A stretch of DNA of 63,058 nucleotides, filler included, from Octopus bimaculoides (taxonomy: Eukaryota): the NCBI RefSeq assembly GCF_001194135.2. It is 4 parts of 3 records of this genome, joined end to end, with 100 filler letters (N's around TTAATTAATTAA, not from the genome) between each part and the next. Parts side by side here need not be neighbours in the genome. Positions count along the whole stretch, not along the records: positions 30,313 to 53,333 come from NC_068981.1; 3 more parts are not named here. One strand, written 5' to 3'. Positions 35,990-48,828 of this stretch are shown piece after piece; positions within the stretch are counted from its first letter, which is position 1, and each line of letters starts with the position of its first letter. A program made the position numbers and the translations under genes. The notes under the pieces are model-generated. The model saw only the letters and a list, made by a program, of their open reading frames with translations, did no database searches and was not told where the DNA came from.

Positions 35990-37030
35990 TTGCTCGCACA
36001 ACACGTGTAAGTACGCCTGCCACATTACGATCCATTCAACAGCAAACCATCTCTGTCCCCAAACACCATGCACAAAAAAAATGAAAAATAAATTAAATAA
36101 TACCAGTATTATCCAAGGATAACAATCGGGAAGTACGTACTTTAAACTTGTTACACAAAATGTACGAAAAACCACACGTGCAAAACCATTTAACACCAGG
36201 AAAAATATCTGAAATAGAACATTTAAAATGCAAAAAATACATCAGAAAAATGTAGATAATAAACACACAACAATGCCAAATAATATCATAAGCACTGGGA
36301 CTGTAAAACACGAAGACAGACATAACACGTCCAACCAAAACGAAGTAAACAATGAAAGACAACAAACACAGACTGTAGGAATGTATAATTATGAACAAAA
36401 TGCACCAAACCAGAACATCACAGACGAACATATAAACAGAGGGGAATACGACAAAACTCAAAAACCTGAAAACCGTGAAGGTAAAACTAATGATTATGAT
36501 ACTCTAAAAATGGGCATAATCAAAGAACTGAAAGCCCCAGATCTCAGTATGGACCACTGATTGTACCACCCCAAAACTAAAATTGATACTAAAACAACAT
36601 CAATAATAACTAGCATGAATCTGGTTGTCACATAACTCACAGCCTCAGAAACAAATGTGAATATGAAAGGCTAAATAATATATACGCAGCAGTTGCTGTG
36701 ACCGCAAAAGAAGCTGGATACTCCCTCAAACCCATCCAAACAGAAGTACCACCACCCAAAGAAACCCTGTGTATACATGAGATAAAAGAATAGCTAAAGC
36801 AAGATATTGTCGCCAAAGCACGAAGAATCTGCCAGTATGAGAAACGCCAACGTTTCTTTGAACAAAACAAATAATTCAACTCCAAACCCGAAAGATTCTA
36901 CCAAGAACTTGGCAAAAATAAAATGGTGATCAATGCAAAACCAACAACAGAAGAAGTGGAAGAATTTTGGAAAAATTATGGTCGGTGAAGGAACAACCTC
37001 AGGAAAGTATCTGTTTTTCTGAATGCTATG
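35990..37030 (+). mobile_element. R4/Dong-clade non-LTR element, N-terminal (pre-RT) fragment
   Basis: LKQDIVAKARRICQYEKRQRFFEQNK*FNSKPERFYQELGK...PTTEEVEEFWKN is the pre-RT block typical of R4/Dong/Rex6 ORFs. The upstream part is Asn/Thr/Lys-rich and less certain. Confidence 0.72.
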
Positions 37031-37143
37031 AGGTAACAAAGTCAGGAGTGCATCTGTAGTAATGTCCTTTTATTTATATGATCTTTTCATTTCATGTTCT
37101 TTTCATTCATTGCTTGCAATGTTCTCTTCCCCATCTGTCTCTT

Positions 37144-37221
<78 letters not shown>

Positions 37222-37517
37222 AAGCTTACAGATGGGCTGCTGAATTGAAATTTCTATGTTGCTTTGAGGGGAAGGTAAAACTTGACACACTGCATTTCTC
37301 TCTGTTGTTGGACTACCGTGGTGTTTGTCTAAAAAAAGAGAGATTATGACTGATAAAATAATGACAGCGATATTTACTAAGCAAGTGAGTACTATTATAA
37401 AAAGAAATAGTTAGATGTAAAATGCCATGAAAATTATTAGAACTGGGAATCAAATGTGAAAATATTATCAATGTCTAGCAGAAAACCACCCGGAGAGCGG
37501 TCTTTCTGCTAGTAATA

Positions 37518-37682
37518 ACAATAAATCTCTGTACTAAAGGCAAAAGGCCAGAAATTTTTGGGGAGGGGGACTAGTCGATTACATCGACATCAATGATTCA
37601 CTGGTACTTAATTTATTGACCTCGAAAGGATGAAAGGAAAAAAAGTCGACCTCGGCGGAATTTGAACTGAGAACGTAAAGGC

Positions 37683-37683
<1 letters not shown>
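37518..37683 (-). mobile_element. SINE family A, 5'-truncated
   Basis: Minus strand GTTCTCAGTTCAAATTCCGCCGAGGTCGACTT...GGCCTTTTGCCTTTAGTACAGAGATTTATTGTTATT, ending in an ATT-type tail. Confidence 0.8.
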
Positions 37684-37723
<40 letters not shown>

Positions 37724-37740
37724 TAGTAATACTAATAATA

Positions 37741-38285
37741 GTACCAGGCACTGTCTCTCATGGCTTCTGATCTTTACTGATTGGAGGTGTTATTATGTAC
37801 ATTGTTTTGTCTTGGTATAAAAGATGGGCTACAGCAAATATTCCGCTCAATACCACAGATTTGCTTTTCACTTGTTTGACCTTAACCAGTTGAGCATGTC
37901 CCTTAGTGGCTGACGATATGTACATCTCTGATCACGAGCAGAAGTAGTGGGGGCGCACCATAGCCATGTGTTGAGAGGAATTCTTTGGGGTCTGAATAAT
38001 TCACCTTTGGAAACATGGGTGTTTTGCTCAACATCCTTAAACAAACCTTATTCAGGGATCTTTTGAGTGGGACGGGCTACTCGACCTGAAGAAAATTCTA
38101 ACTGGGCCCCACCTGCAAGATCATGTGCTGTTTATCTTGATATGAGATCACCATGTCGCGCACACATGATTGTGATGCATGTGCCTGGTGTACCCTTATC
38201 AAACGGGTAGTCATGATGGGTATAATGGGCTTCGTATATTTTACCCCAGTGTCACTTTGATGGCATGAGCTGATCTCGCTCACTC
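37741..38285. mobile_element. Non-coding interspersed repeat of about 545 bp, flanked by (AAT)n on both sides
   Basis: (AAT)n at about 37683-37740 and 38286-38332. A diverged second copy lies at 38624-39054. No ORF or TIR seen. Confidence 0.75.
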
Positions 38286-38298
38286 AATAATAATAATG

Positions 38299-38333
<35 letters not shown>

Positions 38334-38623
38334 CCTTTCTACTATAGGCACAAGGCCTGAAACTTGGTGGGAAGGGTCAAATCGATTACATCGAAACCAG
38401 TATTCAACTNNNNNNNNNNNNNNNNNNNNNNNNNNNNNNNNNNNNNNNNNNNNNNNNNNNNNNNNNNNNNNNNNNNNNNNNNNNNNNNNNNNNNNNNNNN
38501 NNNNNNNNNNNNNNNNNNNNNNNNNNNNNNNNNNNNNNNNATAATGGGCTTCGTATATTTTACCCCAGTGTCACTTTGATGGCATGAGCTGATCTCGCTC
38601 ACTCAATAATAATAATGATAATA

Positions 38624-39134
38624 ACCACAGATTTGCTTGTCAGTTGTTTGACATTAACCAGTTGAGCATGTCCCTTGGTGGCTGACAATATGTGCATCTC
38701 TGATCATGAGCAGAATTAGTGGGGGAGCATCATAGCCATGTGTTGAGAGGAATTCTTTGGGGTTTGAATAATTCACCTTTGGAAACATGGGTGTTTTGTT
38801 CATTATCCTTAAAACAAACCTTATTCAGGGACCTTTTGAGCAGGATGGGCTACTCGACCTGAAGAAAATTCTAACTGGGCCCCACCTGCGAGGTCATGCA
38901 CTGTTTATCTTGATATGAGATCACCATGTCGCGCTCATATAGTTGTGATGCATGTGCCTAGTGTACCCTTATCAGACGGGTAGTCATGATGGGTATATTG
39001 GGCTTTGTATATTTTACCCCAGTGTCACTTTGATGGCATGCACTGCTCTCTCACATGATATGAGATCACCATGTCGCGCTCATATAGTTGTGATGCATGT
39101 GCCTAGTGTACCCTTATCAGACGGGTAGTCATGA
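38624..39134. mobile_element. Second, truncated copy of the AAT-flanked repeat plus a duplicated sub-segment
   Basis: Colinear with about 37851-38285 with scattered substitutions; 39056-39134 repeats about 38910-38988. Confidence 0.8.
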
Positions 39135-41049
39135 NNNNNNNNNNNNNNNNNNNNNNNNNNNNNNNNNNNNNNNNNNNNNNNNNNNNNNNNNNNNNNNNNN
39201 NNNNNNNNNNNNNNNNNNNNNNNNNNNNNNNNNNNNNNNNNNNNNNNNNNNNNNNNNNNNNNNNNNNNNNNNNNNNNNNNNNNNNNNNNNNNNNNNNNNN
39301 NNNNNNNNNNNNNNNNNNNNNNNNNNNNNNNNNNNNNNNNNNNNNNNNNNNNNNNNNNNNNNNNNNNNNNNNNNNNNNNNNNNNNNNNNNNNNNNNNNNN
39401 NNNNNNNNNNNNNNNNNNNNNNNNNNNNNNNNNNNNNNNNNNNNNNNNNNNNNNNNNNNNNNNNNNNNNNNNNNNNNNNNNNNNNNNNNNNNNNNNNNNN
39501 NNNNNNNNNNNNNNNNNNNNNNNNNNNNNNNNNNNNNNNNNNNNNNNNNNNNNNNNNNNNNNNNNNNNNNNNNNNNNNNNNNNNNNNNNNNNNNNNNNNN
39601 NNNNNNNNNNNNNNNNNNNNNNNNNNNNNNNNNNNNNNNNNNNNNNNNNNNNNNNNNNNNNNNNNNNNNNNNNNNNNNNNNNNNNNNNNNNNNNNNNNNN
39701 NNNNNNNNNNNNNNNNNNNNNNNNNNNNNNNNNNNNNNNNNNNNNNNNNNNNNNNNNNNNNNNNNNNNNNNNNNNNNNNNNNNNNNNNNNNNNNNNNNNN
39801 NNNNNNNNNNNNNNNNNNNNNNNNNNNNNNNNNNNNNNNNNNNGTGCTCAATTTTATTCGATATTTTTGAATGATGCAATTGAACTAATGTATGCTTTTG
39901 TGTCTTTTCGTGTGCAAGTGTACGTGTGCGTGCGTGCGTGCGCATGTGTATATTATTTTGTTTATTATAAAAATGTACGTGAGTTTAAAACGTTCGCGGC
40001 TATAAGATGTAAAAAGTTCAAAAAATAAAATACATGGAAGATAGAAAAGTTGGAGTGTAGTACGCAAAGAATAACAGAAAAAATACAAGACAAAAATATT
40101 CTTTGAATGGGTTAAACAAACGAGAACATCACAACGGATTTACTTTTTGTATTGTATTTTTTTTTAACTATTTGAAATGTATTGTGAAAATTCTAAAACC
40201 TTAGATTTCCAGAATACAGAATGCATATTTTCAGATGCTTGTGATCGAAACGGTAAAAAAGAAGAAAAATCATACATGATGAAGAATAAATCGAAATGAA
40301 AGGCCAAAATCATGAGTAAAATAGAACAAAGATGTCTTTGTATCGAGAAAATGATAGAATTAAGAAACTATTGTAACACTATATTAGAAGAGAATGCGTA
40401 AATATATTTTTCTGACTGTTAAGTGATTCAAGCTGAACAACATGTAGTTTACAATTTTACGTAAATATGCTGAAAAGCCAAGTAGTTGATTCATTACAAG
40501 TATAGTAAATCGTATGGTCATGATAGCCGTTTTCTTCCTGATAATACTGTGTTTTTAATGTGAGGTATGACAAAATACAAAGCCAACTCGTTGACCACCA
40601 GAGAGAACATCAAGTTTTGTGTTAGAAATAATGAGAAGATTCCGCGATGATCAATAATACTTGAAGGTTTTTAAGAATTAAGAGTGGTATGGCGCTTTTG
40701 AGTGATTGAATGGCTTGAATAATATTGATTTCTGTAACACTGGCGCAAGGTCGCACATTTCAATGAAAGGTTTGAAATGAACTCGATATATGTCTCATAC
40801 TTATTTTATTGACCCCGGATAAATAACATGCAATAATGAACGTAGGTATTATGACATTTCTGTCATTCTACTATGTTTCTATAGAGTATATTAGGCCAGT
40901 GAAGTTGATAGTTGGAACGTCGATAGAATTAATCACTATCATTTCAATGCATTTCAGCTTCTCTCTTGCCGCCACCCAAAATAATGCAATCTGAATAAAA
41001 ATGATAAAGCTTACTCCATCTATGAAACATTGATATCAGTTATCTGAGT

Positions 41050-41285
41050 CAGACGGCGAGCAGGGAGAATCGTTAGCACGCTGGGCGAAATGGTTGGCGT
41101 AATGACTGACGAAATCGTCAGTGTTTATGTTCTGAATTCAAATTCCGTCGAGGTTGGCTTTGCTTTTCATCGTTTTACCGTCGATAAAATAAGTACCAGT
41201 TTGAGCACTGGGGTCGATTTAATCGACTTACCTTCACCCCACTAAAACTACTGGGTTTGTACCAAACTTTGAAACCAATATTAAT
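41050..41285 (+). mobile_element. SINE family A, near full length
   Basis: Head AGACGGCGAGCAGGGAGAATCGTTAGCACGCTGGGCGAAATG, B-box-like GAATTCAAATTCC, and the family body. Confidence 0.82.
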
Positions 41286-41294
41286 GATCCGAGT

Positions 41295-41520
41295 AAGAGG
41301 GCGAGCCGGTAAAATCGTTGCCGCACCGGGAAAAATCCTTGGCTGCATTTTTTCCGACTTCACGTTCAAAGTTCAAATGCTGCCGAGGTCAACTTTGCCT
41401 TTCTTTCTTTCGGGGTCGATAAAATAAGTACCAGTTGAACACTGGTGTTGATGTAATCGATTACTCCCTCCACCGAAATTGCTGACCTTATGCTTAAATT
41501 TGAAAATCGATATTAATCAC
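41295..41520 (+). mobile_element. SINE family A, second copy head-to-tail with the previous one
   Basis: GGGCGAGCCGGTAAAATCGTTG...GTTCAAATGCTGCCGAGGTCAACTTTGCC...GGGGTCGATAAAATAAGTACCAG. Confidence 0.82.
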
Positions 41521-41799
41521 CTGAATTATAAGACTTCTGTTATATTTGGAAACTTGTGATAAACCTGAATTTATTGTATTATAATACTAACACTGAAAAC
41601 TAACAAATGGCTTGTCAGTTTTCAGTAAACTTAATGCTTCACCGAGATGGGTTAATTTTCGCTCCCCGCTTTCTCTCGTGCATACCCGTTACTCTATGAT
41701 TAAGCGTTTTGTGTGCTGTGCACTGCTTTACTAACAAGTACATTTGTAAATTAATAACGAACTGCGATCTTTTGAAGATTCTGTTCCTTTAGAGCAACA

Positions 41800-42617
41800 G
41801 GATCTATTTCAAAACGGGGGCACCAGTTTTCATTTATGTTTTATGTAGTGTTTTTGGTACCGAAAGACTTTCAAACTTCGTATACTTATCTATTTTGTGT
41901 TATAGAACAGAAAAAAATTTTTGTATTCGAATTTATTTCATGTAAAAAATTGTCTTATTTCGATAATTTCTACTAATCACTGACGTCTATTCAGTTGAAA
42001 ACAGTTAGCGCTGTAACGGTGTATATCGTATTAATCCCCTAACCCTAACCCTAACCCTAACTAGACTGTTAACCGTAACCGTAACCGTAACCCTAACCCT
42101 AACTAGACTGTTAACCGTAACCNNNNNNNNNNNNNNNNNNNNNNNNNNNNNNNNNNNNNNNNNNNNNNNNNNNNNNNNNNNNNNNNNNNNNNNNNNNNNN
42201 NNNNNNNNNNNNNNNNNNNNNNNNNNNNNNNNNNNNNNNNNNNNNAAAACTAACACTAACTCGAGAATCCGAACTCTAAAATTGTTACACACATAGATAC
42301 GCACAGCGTAATTTATTATATAAACAATATATGCGTATAAATTACGATTAAACCGGATGAAATATGTCACAGGGAATAACATTTTTATGACTGCTCAGCA
42401 GTAACTCTATTGAGCTGAATAGACGTCAGTGATTGGTTGAAATTACAGAAATACGACAACTTTAACATGGAATAACTTGCGATGTACGTTTTTTTGTTAA
42501 GAAGACTAAGAGAAAAAGATGTTTTATATGACCCATTCTACCAGTGTCCCAAGTTTCAAAGTGTTTCGTTAGTGTTTCGTTAAGAAAATACTGGTGCCCC
42601 CGTTTTGAAATAGATCC
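41800..42617. mobile_element. Telomere-core MITE, copy 3 (contains an N-gap)
   Basis: TSD GAGCAACA at 41792-41799 and 42618-42625. TIR GGATCTATTTCAAAACGGGGGCACCAGT pairs with ACTGGTGCCCCCGTTTTGAAATAGATCC. CCCTAA/CCGTAA tract at 42037-42122. Confidence 0.9.
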
Positions 42618-42744
42618 GAGCAACATTGAAGAATGGATATTAGAGTATACCAAATTCTATCATTAATTCATAAAAGAACTTATCTTTTGTAGGTGTTGTG
42701 GAGATGATAGTAAAATTGACTTTAATACGCTTTTACTCTTTACT

Positions 42745-42960
42745 CTTTTACTCTTTTACTTGTTTCAGTCATTTGACTGCGGCCATACTGGAGCACCGCC
42801 TTTAGTCGAGCAAATCGACACCAGGACTTATTCTTTGGAAGCCTAGTACTTTTTCTATCGGTCTCTTTTTGTCGAACCGCTAGGTTACGGGGACGTAAAC
42901 ACATCACCATCGGTTGTCAAGCGATGTTTGGGAGACAGACACAGGCACAAAAACATATAC

Positions 42961-42993
<33 letters not shown>

Positions 42994-43160
42994 CGACAAG
43001 TTTCTTTCAGTTTCCGTCTACCAAATTCACTCACAAGGCTTTGGTCGGTCCGAGGCTCTAGTAGAAGACACTTGCCCAAGGTGCCACGCAGTGGGAATGA
43101 ACCCGGAACCATGTGGTTGGTTAGCAAGCTACTTACCACACAGCCACTCCTGCACCTATA
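42745..43160 (-). mobile_element. tRNA/CORE-like SINE family B, full length (resembles the octopus OR2 type; family name not verified)
   Basis: Minus strand: A-box TGGCTGTGTGG, B-box GGTTCATTCCC, CORE-like GGCACCTTGGGCAAGTG, an internal (TA)n, and a (TAAAAGAG)n tail. Confidence 0.85.
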
Positions 43161-44484
43161 CTTTATTATAATTTATTAATCTCAGAAGAATGAACGACAA
43201 ATTTGACGGGCTGGATTTAAACTCAGATCATAATGGACTATAATCCAGTATTACAAGTATTTTCCCGATGCCCTGAGCAATCAAGTTATAAACCGCCTCC
43301 TGTAAGCCATATAGAAACTGCATACAAAATTAAGGGCAAATGAGAAAAAATAATTGTTGATATACGCCATCTGTTAGAGTTGAAACTCTATCCCTGGTAT
43401 TCACAGACCGATAACTTTATAAATAAATTACTTTCTATTATTTTAGAAGAGTTTTTTTTCTCTCTTACTCTCTCTTTCTCTCTCTCATTGGAGTTTGTGA
43501 TCATTTTTATGAACCAAGCCATTATCGAAAAGAACGAATTGTTCTTCGACAAAAAATCACTTTCACGACAGAAAAAAAAATTACTTCTAGAAGCAATTTA
43601 ACCTCCCTTAAATGTTGGTGTTTAGTTATTTGGCCAACAGGAACGGACGATCATCAAAGCTGAAGATAAATACAAAAGCTTCAAAGAGTAGAATGATAAT
43701 AGAAAATCGATTTCGTTTTACGTTAATAAATCTGGAGCAAATGCCATAAATCTTAATTTGAGTTTTTGTGAAGTGTCCACAGTTTTAATTACACGTTTGA
43801 AATTTGTGTTTTTAAATGTGCTCTTAAAATAACAATGCGAATATGCAAATAAAGACACACAAACATACTAATGTCCAACCACACATGGATACATACGCAT
43901 ACATGCATTTACATACACTAAATGATTCTTTCTTACTCTCTTCCTTTCACGCACGTACACACATAGACACAAACTCACGCGCGCGCACACACACACTATG
44001 AAAATAGAAAACAAATGAATTTTAATGCAGCATTAAAGACAACCGTTGACACCTAATTTAAGGTATTTGTTGGTTGCAAGGAAAAAAGGAAAGTTTATTC
44101 TTTAGTAAGGATCTGATATGTCTGGTGTCTAAAGGATAGTTGTTAAGTTACGAAGAGAAATTAATACTTACACACACACACACACACACGCATATATGTG
44201 TGTGTGTGTGTGTCTTTACTTTTGTGCTTGTGTGTGTGAGTGAATGTTTGTATTCTCGCTTGTATGTCGGCATTTTTGTGTTGGCATTTATAAAGACAAG
44301 TGAAAATAAACGGAGCAGGACTGAAGGTTGTTTTTTTTAGTTTTAAAACGTCTAGTCTTTATGTAACCATTATTTTTCAAAGTACCTAACGAATAAATAT
44401 ATAAGGTTTTACAAAACCGTTTCATATATGAGACACGGTATTTAAGTTAACACACCAAAGCTTTTTTGTATCCTTACGTTGACT

Positions 44485-44660
44485 TGATGTGGAATAGGGG
44501 ATAGCAAAATCAGTATAGTTACTTGGCGAAATGCTTCGAATCCTACCAATGTCGATTTTGACTATCATACGCCCAGGACGATAAAACAAGCACCAGTCAG
44601 GTTCTGAGATCGATTAAATCGATGATGCATCTCTCTCAAATTTGTTTTCAACTGTCTATG
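44485..44660 (+). mobile_element. SINE family A, highly diverged (other degraded copies at about 43165-43300 minus and 45110-45290 plus)
   Basis: GGCGAAATGCTT, GTCGATTTTGACT.TCAT, GATAAAACAAGCACCAGT, GATCGATTAAATCGA blocks. Confidence 0.6.
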
Positions 44661-46319
44661 CCAGAAATAATAATCTTTTGCTAAATGAGATCAGATATAA
44701 GATTTAAAGTTGTCAACGTAACAGAAAATATATTTAATGTAGCTTCATATGAATTACTTCTCCCCAAACGCTGGGTTTAAAACCGGCAATTACATTGGTA
44801 TTTCTGAGGCCTGAACTTCAAATAAAGACAAGTCTGATCATATAAATCAAGATTTACTCTCCAAGAACTTTGGAGTGATTATTGATTCAATTAAATGAAT
44901 TCCCATATTCGTAGCAATGTATTATTAAAGTAGCATGCATTAAAGATTCAAACGATCTCTACTGGCAATTTAACCTAAGAAACTTTAATACTAAAACAGT
45001 GAAGAAAAACAAGATGTAGCTAAAATTCTAATGAGTAACAGAGATAAAAACCAATTTAATAAGGCAAGAAATTCAGATGCTAATGCACTATAAATGGAAT
45101 GATGTGGATCTGTAGGCAGAATTTGGAGAAGATTAGACAAAATGCATTGCAGAATTTAGTTTTGGGCTTTTTAGTTCTGAATTCAGTTTACCACAAGATC
45201 AAATTTGTTTCTCCTCATTTGGTATCAATAAAATCAATAAGTATCAGGAGACTACAGTAATTACTATAATCGACCTTGGTGTCCAACAAAATATAGAACT
45301 GATCACATTTCTTTGCAAAATGTTAAAAGGCTTATGAGCATTAATGGGTGAATAAATGAGTAGTAAAAATTACATGCTATGTTACTCTATAAACGTCAAC
45401 GTCGAAGTTGATAATTAACAGAAAACCAACCGAAAGTTTGACGTATATTTTTAGCATCACTGAATCCATGGCGAAAGTATTAAGACCTCAGACACTTCAG
45501 TTTAACTAATTAAATAGGTACCAGAGAGTGGGAAGAATGCTCTGATTTAAACATTACAAATGACAGGTGTTTATGAGCTGTTATTAACCTTTTCTTTGTG
45601 AGAAGGCTGGAGAGGGGTAGGCTCTACTAATCAACAGTGGCATCCCTAAACTTATGGCTTTACGAATTTGTCAGCTTGTACCAACGATAAAGAGTCTTAA
45701 CTAAATACCGTAAAATATGCGGTCACGGCAAGCTACTGTTTCTTTCATTGCTTCACTCCAATATAACAAATATGAAAACCAGAACAAATTCCTAAAATGC
45801 AAAAACTCTAAATATTTCCAGGAATGAAATTTGAACACGACTACAAATTAAATATATTTATGGTGCATTTAGATATCTATGACAAAAAGACCTTGAAAAT
45901 GCTAACTAAAGAAGAAAGGTTTGGAAGAACCAAAAAGAAGTAATTCGAAATAATACAGTATCAAAGCTGTAGTTTAGCTCCAGGTCAGCGCTTAATTGTA
46001 CTAAGATATGATCATAGACATTCTAACCGCGACCATCTCGGTTAGCTTCTAAACATAGTGTATCTAAAATTATATTATTCAACATCGCCTTTTGTTATGA
46101 TGAGAAGTAAGGGATATTAGATGTTGAAGATCAATGTCAAAGAGTTGTTATTAAAACATGACGAAGACCCAGAATTCACATTAACTATGTCTAAAATGTG
46201 CTACATTTTCATAAAATTAAATATATATTAAAGTAGTTGTATACTCAAAAACTAACTGAAATACAGATATGAAGAAGGTTTGGTTTATCTCAGTATGGTT
46301 TCCTAAATAACAATATATA

Positions 46320-46412
<93 letters not shown>

Positions 46413-46514
46413 CATCGATTGATCTATACCTATATATATGTATGTATACATGTACATATATATGTATGCATTTATATATGTATATATATGCACACATTTA
46501 CATATATGCATCAA

Positions 46515-46558
<44 letters not shown>

Positions 46559-46579
46559 CCTCTCTGATATGTATGTATG

Positions 46580-46624
<45 letters not shown>

Positions 46625-46627
46625 TCT

Positions 46628-46950
46628 ATGGTGAAGGCACATGGCTCAGTGGTTAGAACGTCGGGCTCTCAGTCAAGAAGTAGTGAGCTCGATACTGGAC
46701 CGGGCTAGAAAACGTTTTATTTTCACGTTGTTCCGGTTCACTCAGCTGTAGAAATGAGTTGCGATATCACTGGTGCCAAGCTGTATCAGCATTTCCCTTG
46801 GATAACCTCAGTGGCGTGGAGAGGAGAGGTCGGTATGCATGGCCGACTGCTGGTCTTTCATGTACATCTCTTCCCGGACTTGTGCCTCGGCGGGTAACTT
46901 TCTAGGTGCAACTCCATGGTCATTCATGATCGAAGTGGGGCTTTACCCTT
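46628..46950 (+). mobile_element. tRNA-derived SINE, family C
   Basis: A-box TGGCTCAGTGG, degenerate B-box GAGCTCGATAC; CACTCAGCTGTAGAAATGAGTTG is shared with 50793-51068. Confidence 0.7.
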
Positions 46951-47000
46951 TATAAATATATATGAGCAATAATTATAAAGGTAGAGAACATGGGGATTAA

Positions 47001-47284
47001 TACATCTCCCAAATTTATTTCCTTTTATACTACAGTATCATACAGCATATGTTTATGCTTACGACGACCTATACGTGTTTCCGCTGCACGAAGTATGGCT
47101 TGTTGCTTATGCAACAATGCATCATTTTCTGTGCAATTTCGTTCAGGCTCGAAAGCTGCACAGAAAATTATGTCTGGTTTCATATGCAAGTGCCCACACT
47201 CGGTATGGAAGAAATGCGATCGTCATCCCTATAAAAATATGTTGTATGACTGTAGAATAAGTGGAAATAAATTTTGAGGATGTA
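47001..47284. mobile_element. Fully palindromic MITE of about 280 bp with TA ends (Tc1/mariner-type by inference)
   Basis: TACATCTCCCAAATTTATTTCC pairs with GGAAATAAATTTTGAGGATGTA. Imperfect complementarity continues inward to a 12-bp perfect stem ATTTTCTGTGCA/TGCACAGAAAAT and an 8-nt loop at 47142-47149. Confidence 0.8.
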
Positions 47285-47478
47285 CCAGTCTCCATATCTA
47301 GTATACATTCCAGATAATATTACTATCCATTGAAGCGAACATGGAATTACCCATCGGAGGAATTTACAGCGTGAGTGACAACTAGTAGTCATAGACTTTA
47401 AATACCTATCGATGCGTTTAACCGTAACCAGGAACATAACAGAGCTACCATGTCTCCGCTCGGATAATATATCCCTCT

Positions 47479-47546
<68 letters not shown>

Positions 47547-48564
47547 GCACACACACACACACAAACAAAGATGTATGTATGTGTATCTTTCTTCAAAATG
47601 CGTCTGTTAAACGTCTACAAGTTGAGTACGAAAGGACTTCAAATTCAATTGAGAAATGAAAGAAAAATATGATAACATTAATCAGTTTTATATTTTACTT
47701 TATATTTTAGGCTCTTTTTAGATGAAAGAGTACTGCAGAGTTGTTGCACATCCCTTGAACCGGTTAGCATACGCCGCTTCAAAAGATAGCAAGCAAATAA
47801 ATGTCTTTGTTCATGCACAAACAATATATTCTACTTTAATGTCAATTTCATTTTTTTTATCCAGAGAAAAAGAGTAATATATGGAGATAACTGTTGAGTA
47901 TTGCACATAACTGATACAATACCGGGCATTTCCTAATTTTCAAAACTTTCTGATATACATAAATATATTAACATACAATGCATCATAATAATATTATAAC
48001 AAATTTTATGATTCACTCCTTTGGCAACGTGTACTGAGGCAATCATAATACTGAATTAACCAGGCGGATAGTCACACCATGACATTATGGGTATGAAAAT
48101 AGCAACAGGCATTGTGCAAAGGTTTCGACTTATAGGCCTGCATAATTATGTTAAACCAACTGGAAAAACAAATATTTTCTTCATTAACAAGCACAACGGG
48201 GCTATGTGTCCCTAAAAGACAAAAACAATCATTTGTGAAGTAATTAGATTTATTTATGCCCTATGAAAATAAAAAGAAATGTTTTGTGTTATTAAGTTTA
48301 AGTTATTTTAAGTAATTTGAATGAATGCTTGTAATCATAGTTTCAGTCAACCTAAGAAATTATTTAAGCCTTCTTAAGGAATGTGTACATCCCACTAAAT
48401 CATTAAGCAGGTGAGTGTTTTGGATTAGGTATGTGGTCAAGTGTGGTATCCTTTGGATTCTATCGTTAACTTTGTTGGTAAGAAAATATGCAACGCCATC
48501 GCTAGGTAAAGATACTTTCAGACGGCGGTGCTCCAGCATATCCGCAGTCAAACGAGTAAAAAGA

Positions 48565-48595
<31 letters not shown>

Positions 48596-48769
48596 ATACA
48601 AAGAATATATATACATGTATACACACATATATGTACATACTTACATCTACATGTGTATATACATGCATATCAGGGTACAGGACGTTAGAACAATAAACTA
48701 CAGACAACGGAACGAACACATAGGAAAACGGAAAGCCCCTTGGAATATCCCTTCATCAGCTGTCTCTAT

Positions 48770-48828
<59 letters not shown>

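Noticed and set aside
38541-38623. Exact re-occurrence of about 38222-38300 after a gap (and 39056-39134 repeating about 38910-38988 before a gap)
   Set aside because: Exact duplications at contig ends inside a high-copy repeat are most likely scaffolding or gap-filling redundancy; long reads are needed.
38960-38990. ACCCGTCTGATAAGGGT hairpin in the AAT-flanked repeat as a ribozyme core
   Set aside because: The core reads CTGATAA inside a closed hairpin, with no downstream GAAA and stem III.
43040-43160. tRNA gene-like A and B boxes (also 46628-46710 and 53281-53333)
   Set aside because: No cloverleaf or acceptor stem, and the sequence continues into SINE bodies; these are SINE heads, not tRNA genes.
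44168-44215. (CA)n-(TG)n hairpins (also about 18595-18625)
   Set aside because: Expected often by chance in a window this rich in CA/TG tracts; no further structure.
46990-47437. Several overlapping Cys-rich ORFs suggesting a host exon
   Set aside because: Explained by the palindromic MITE; similar peptides appear on both strands because of the fold-back.
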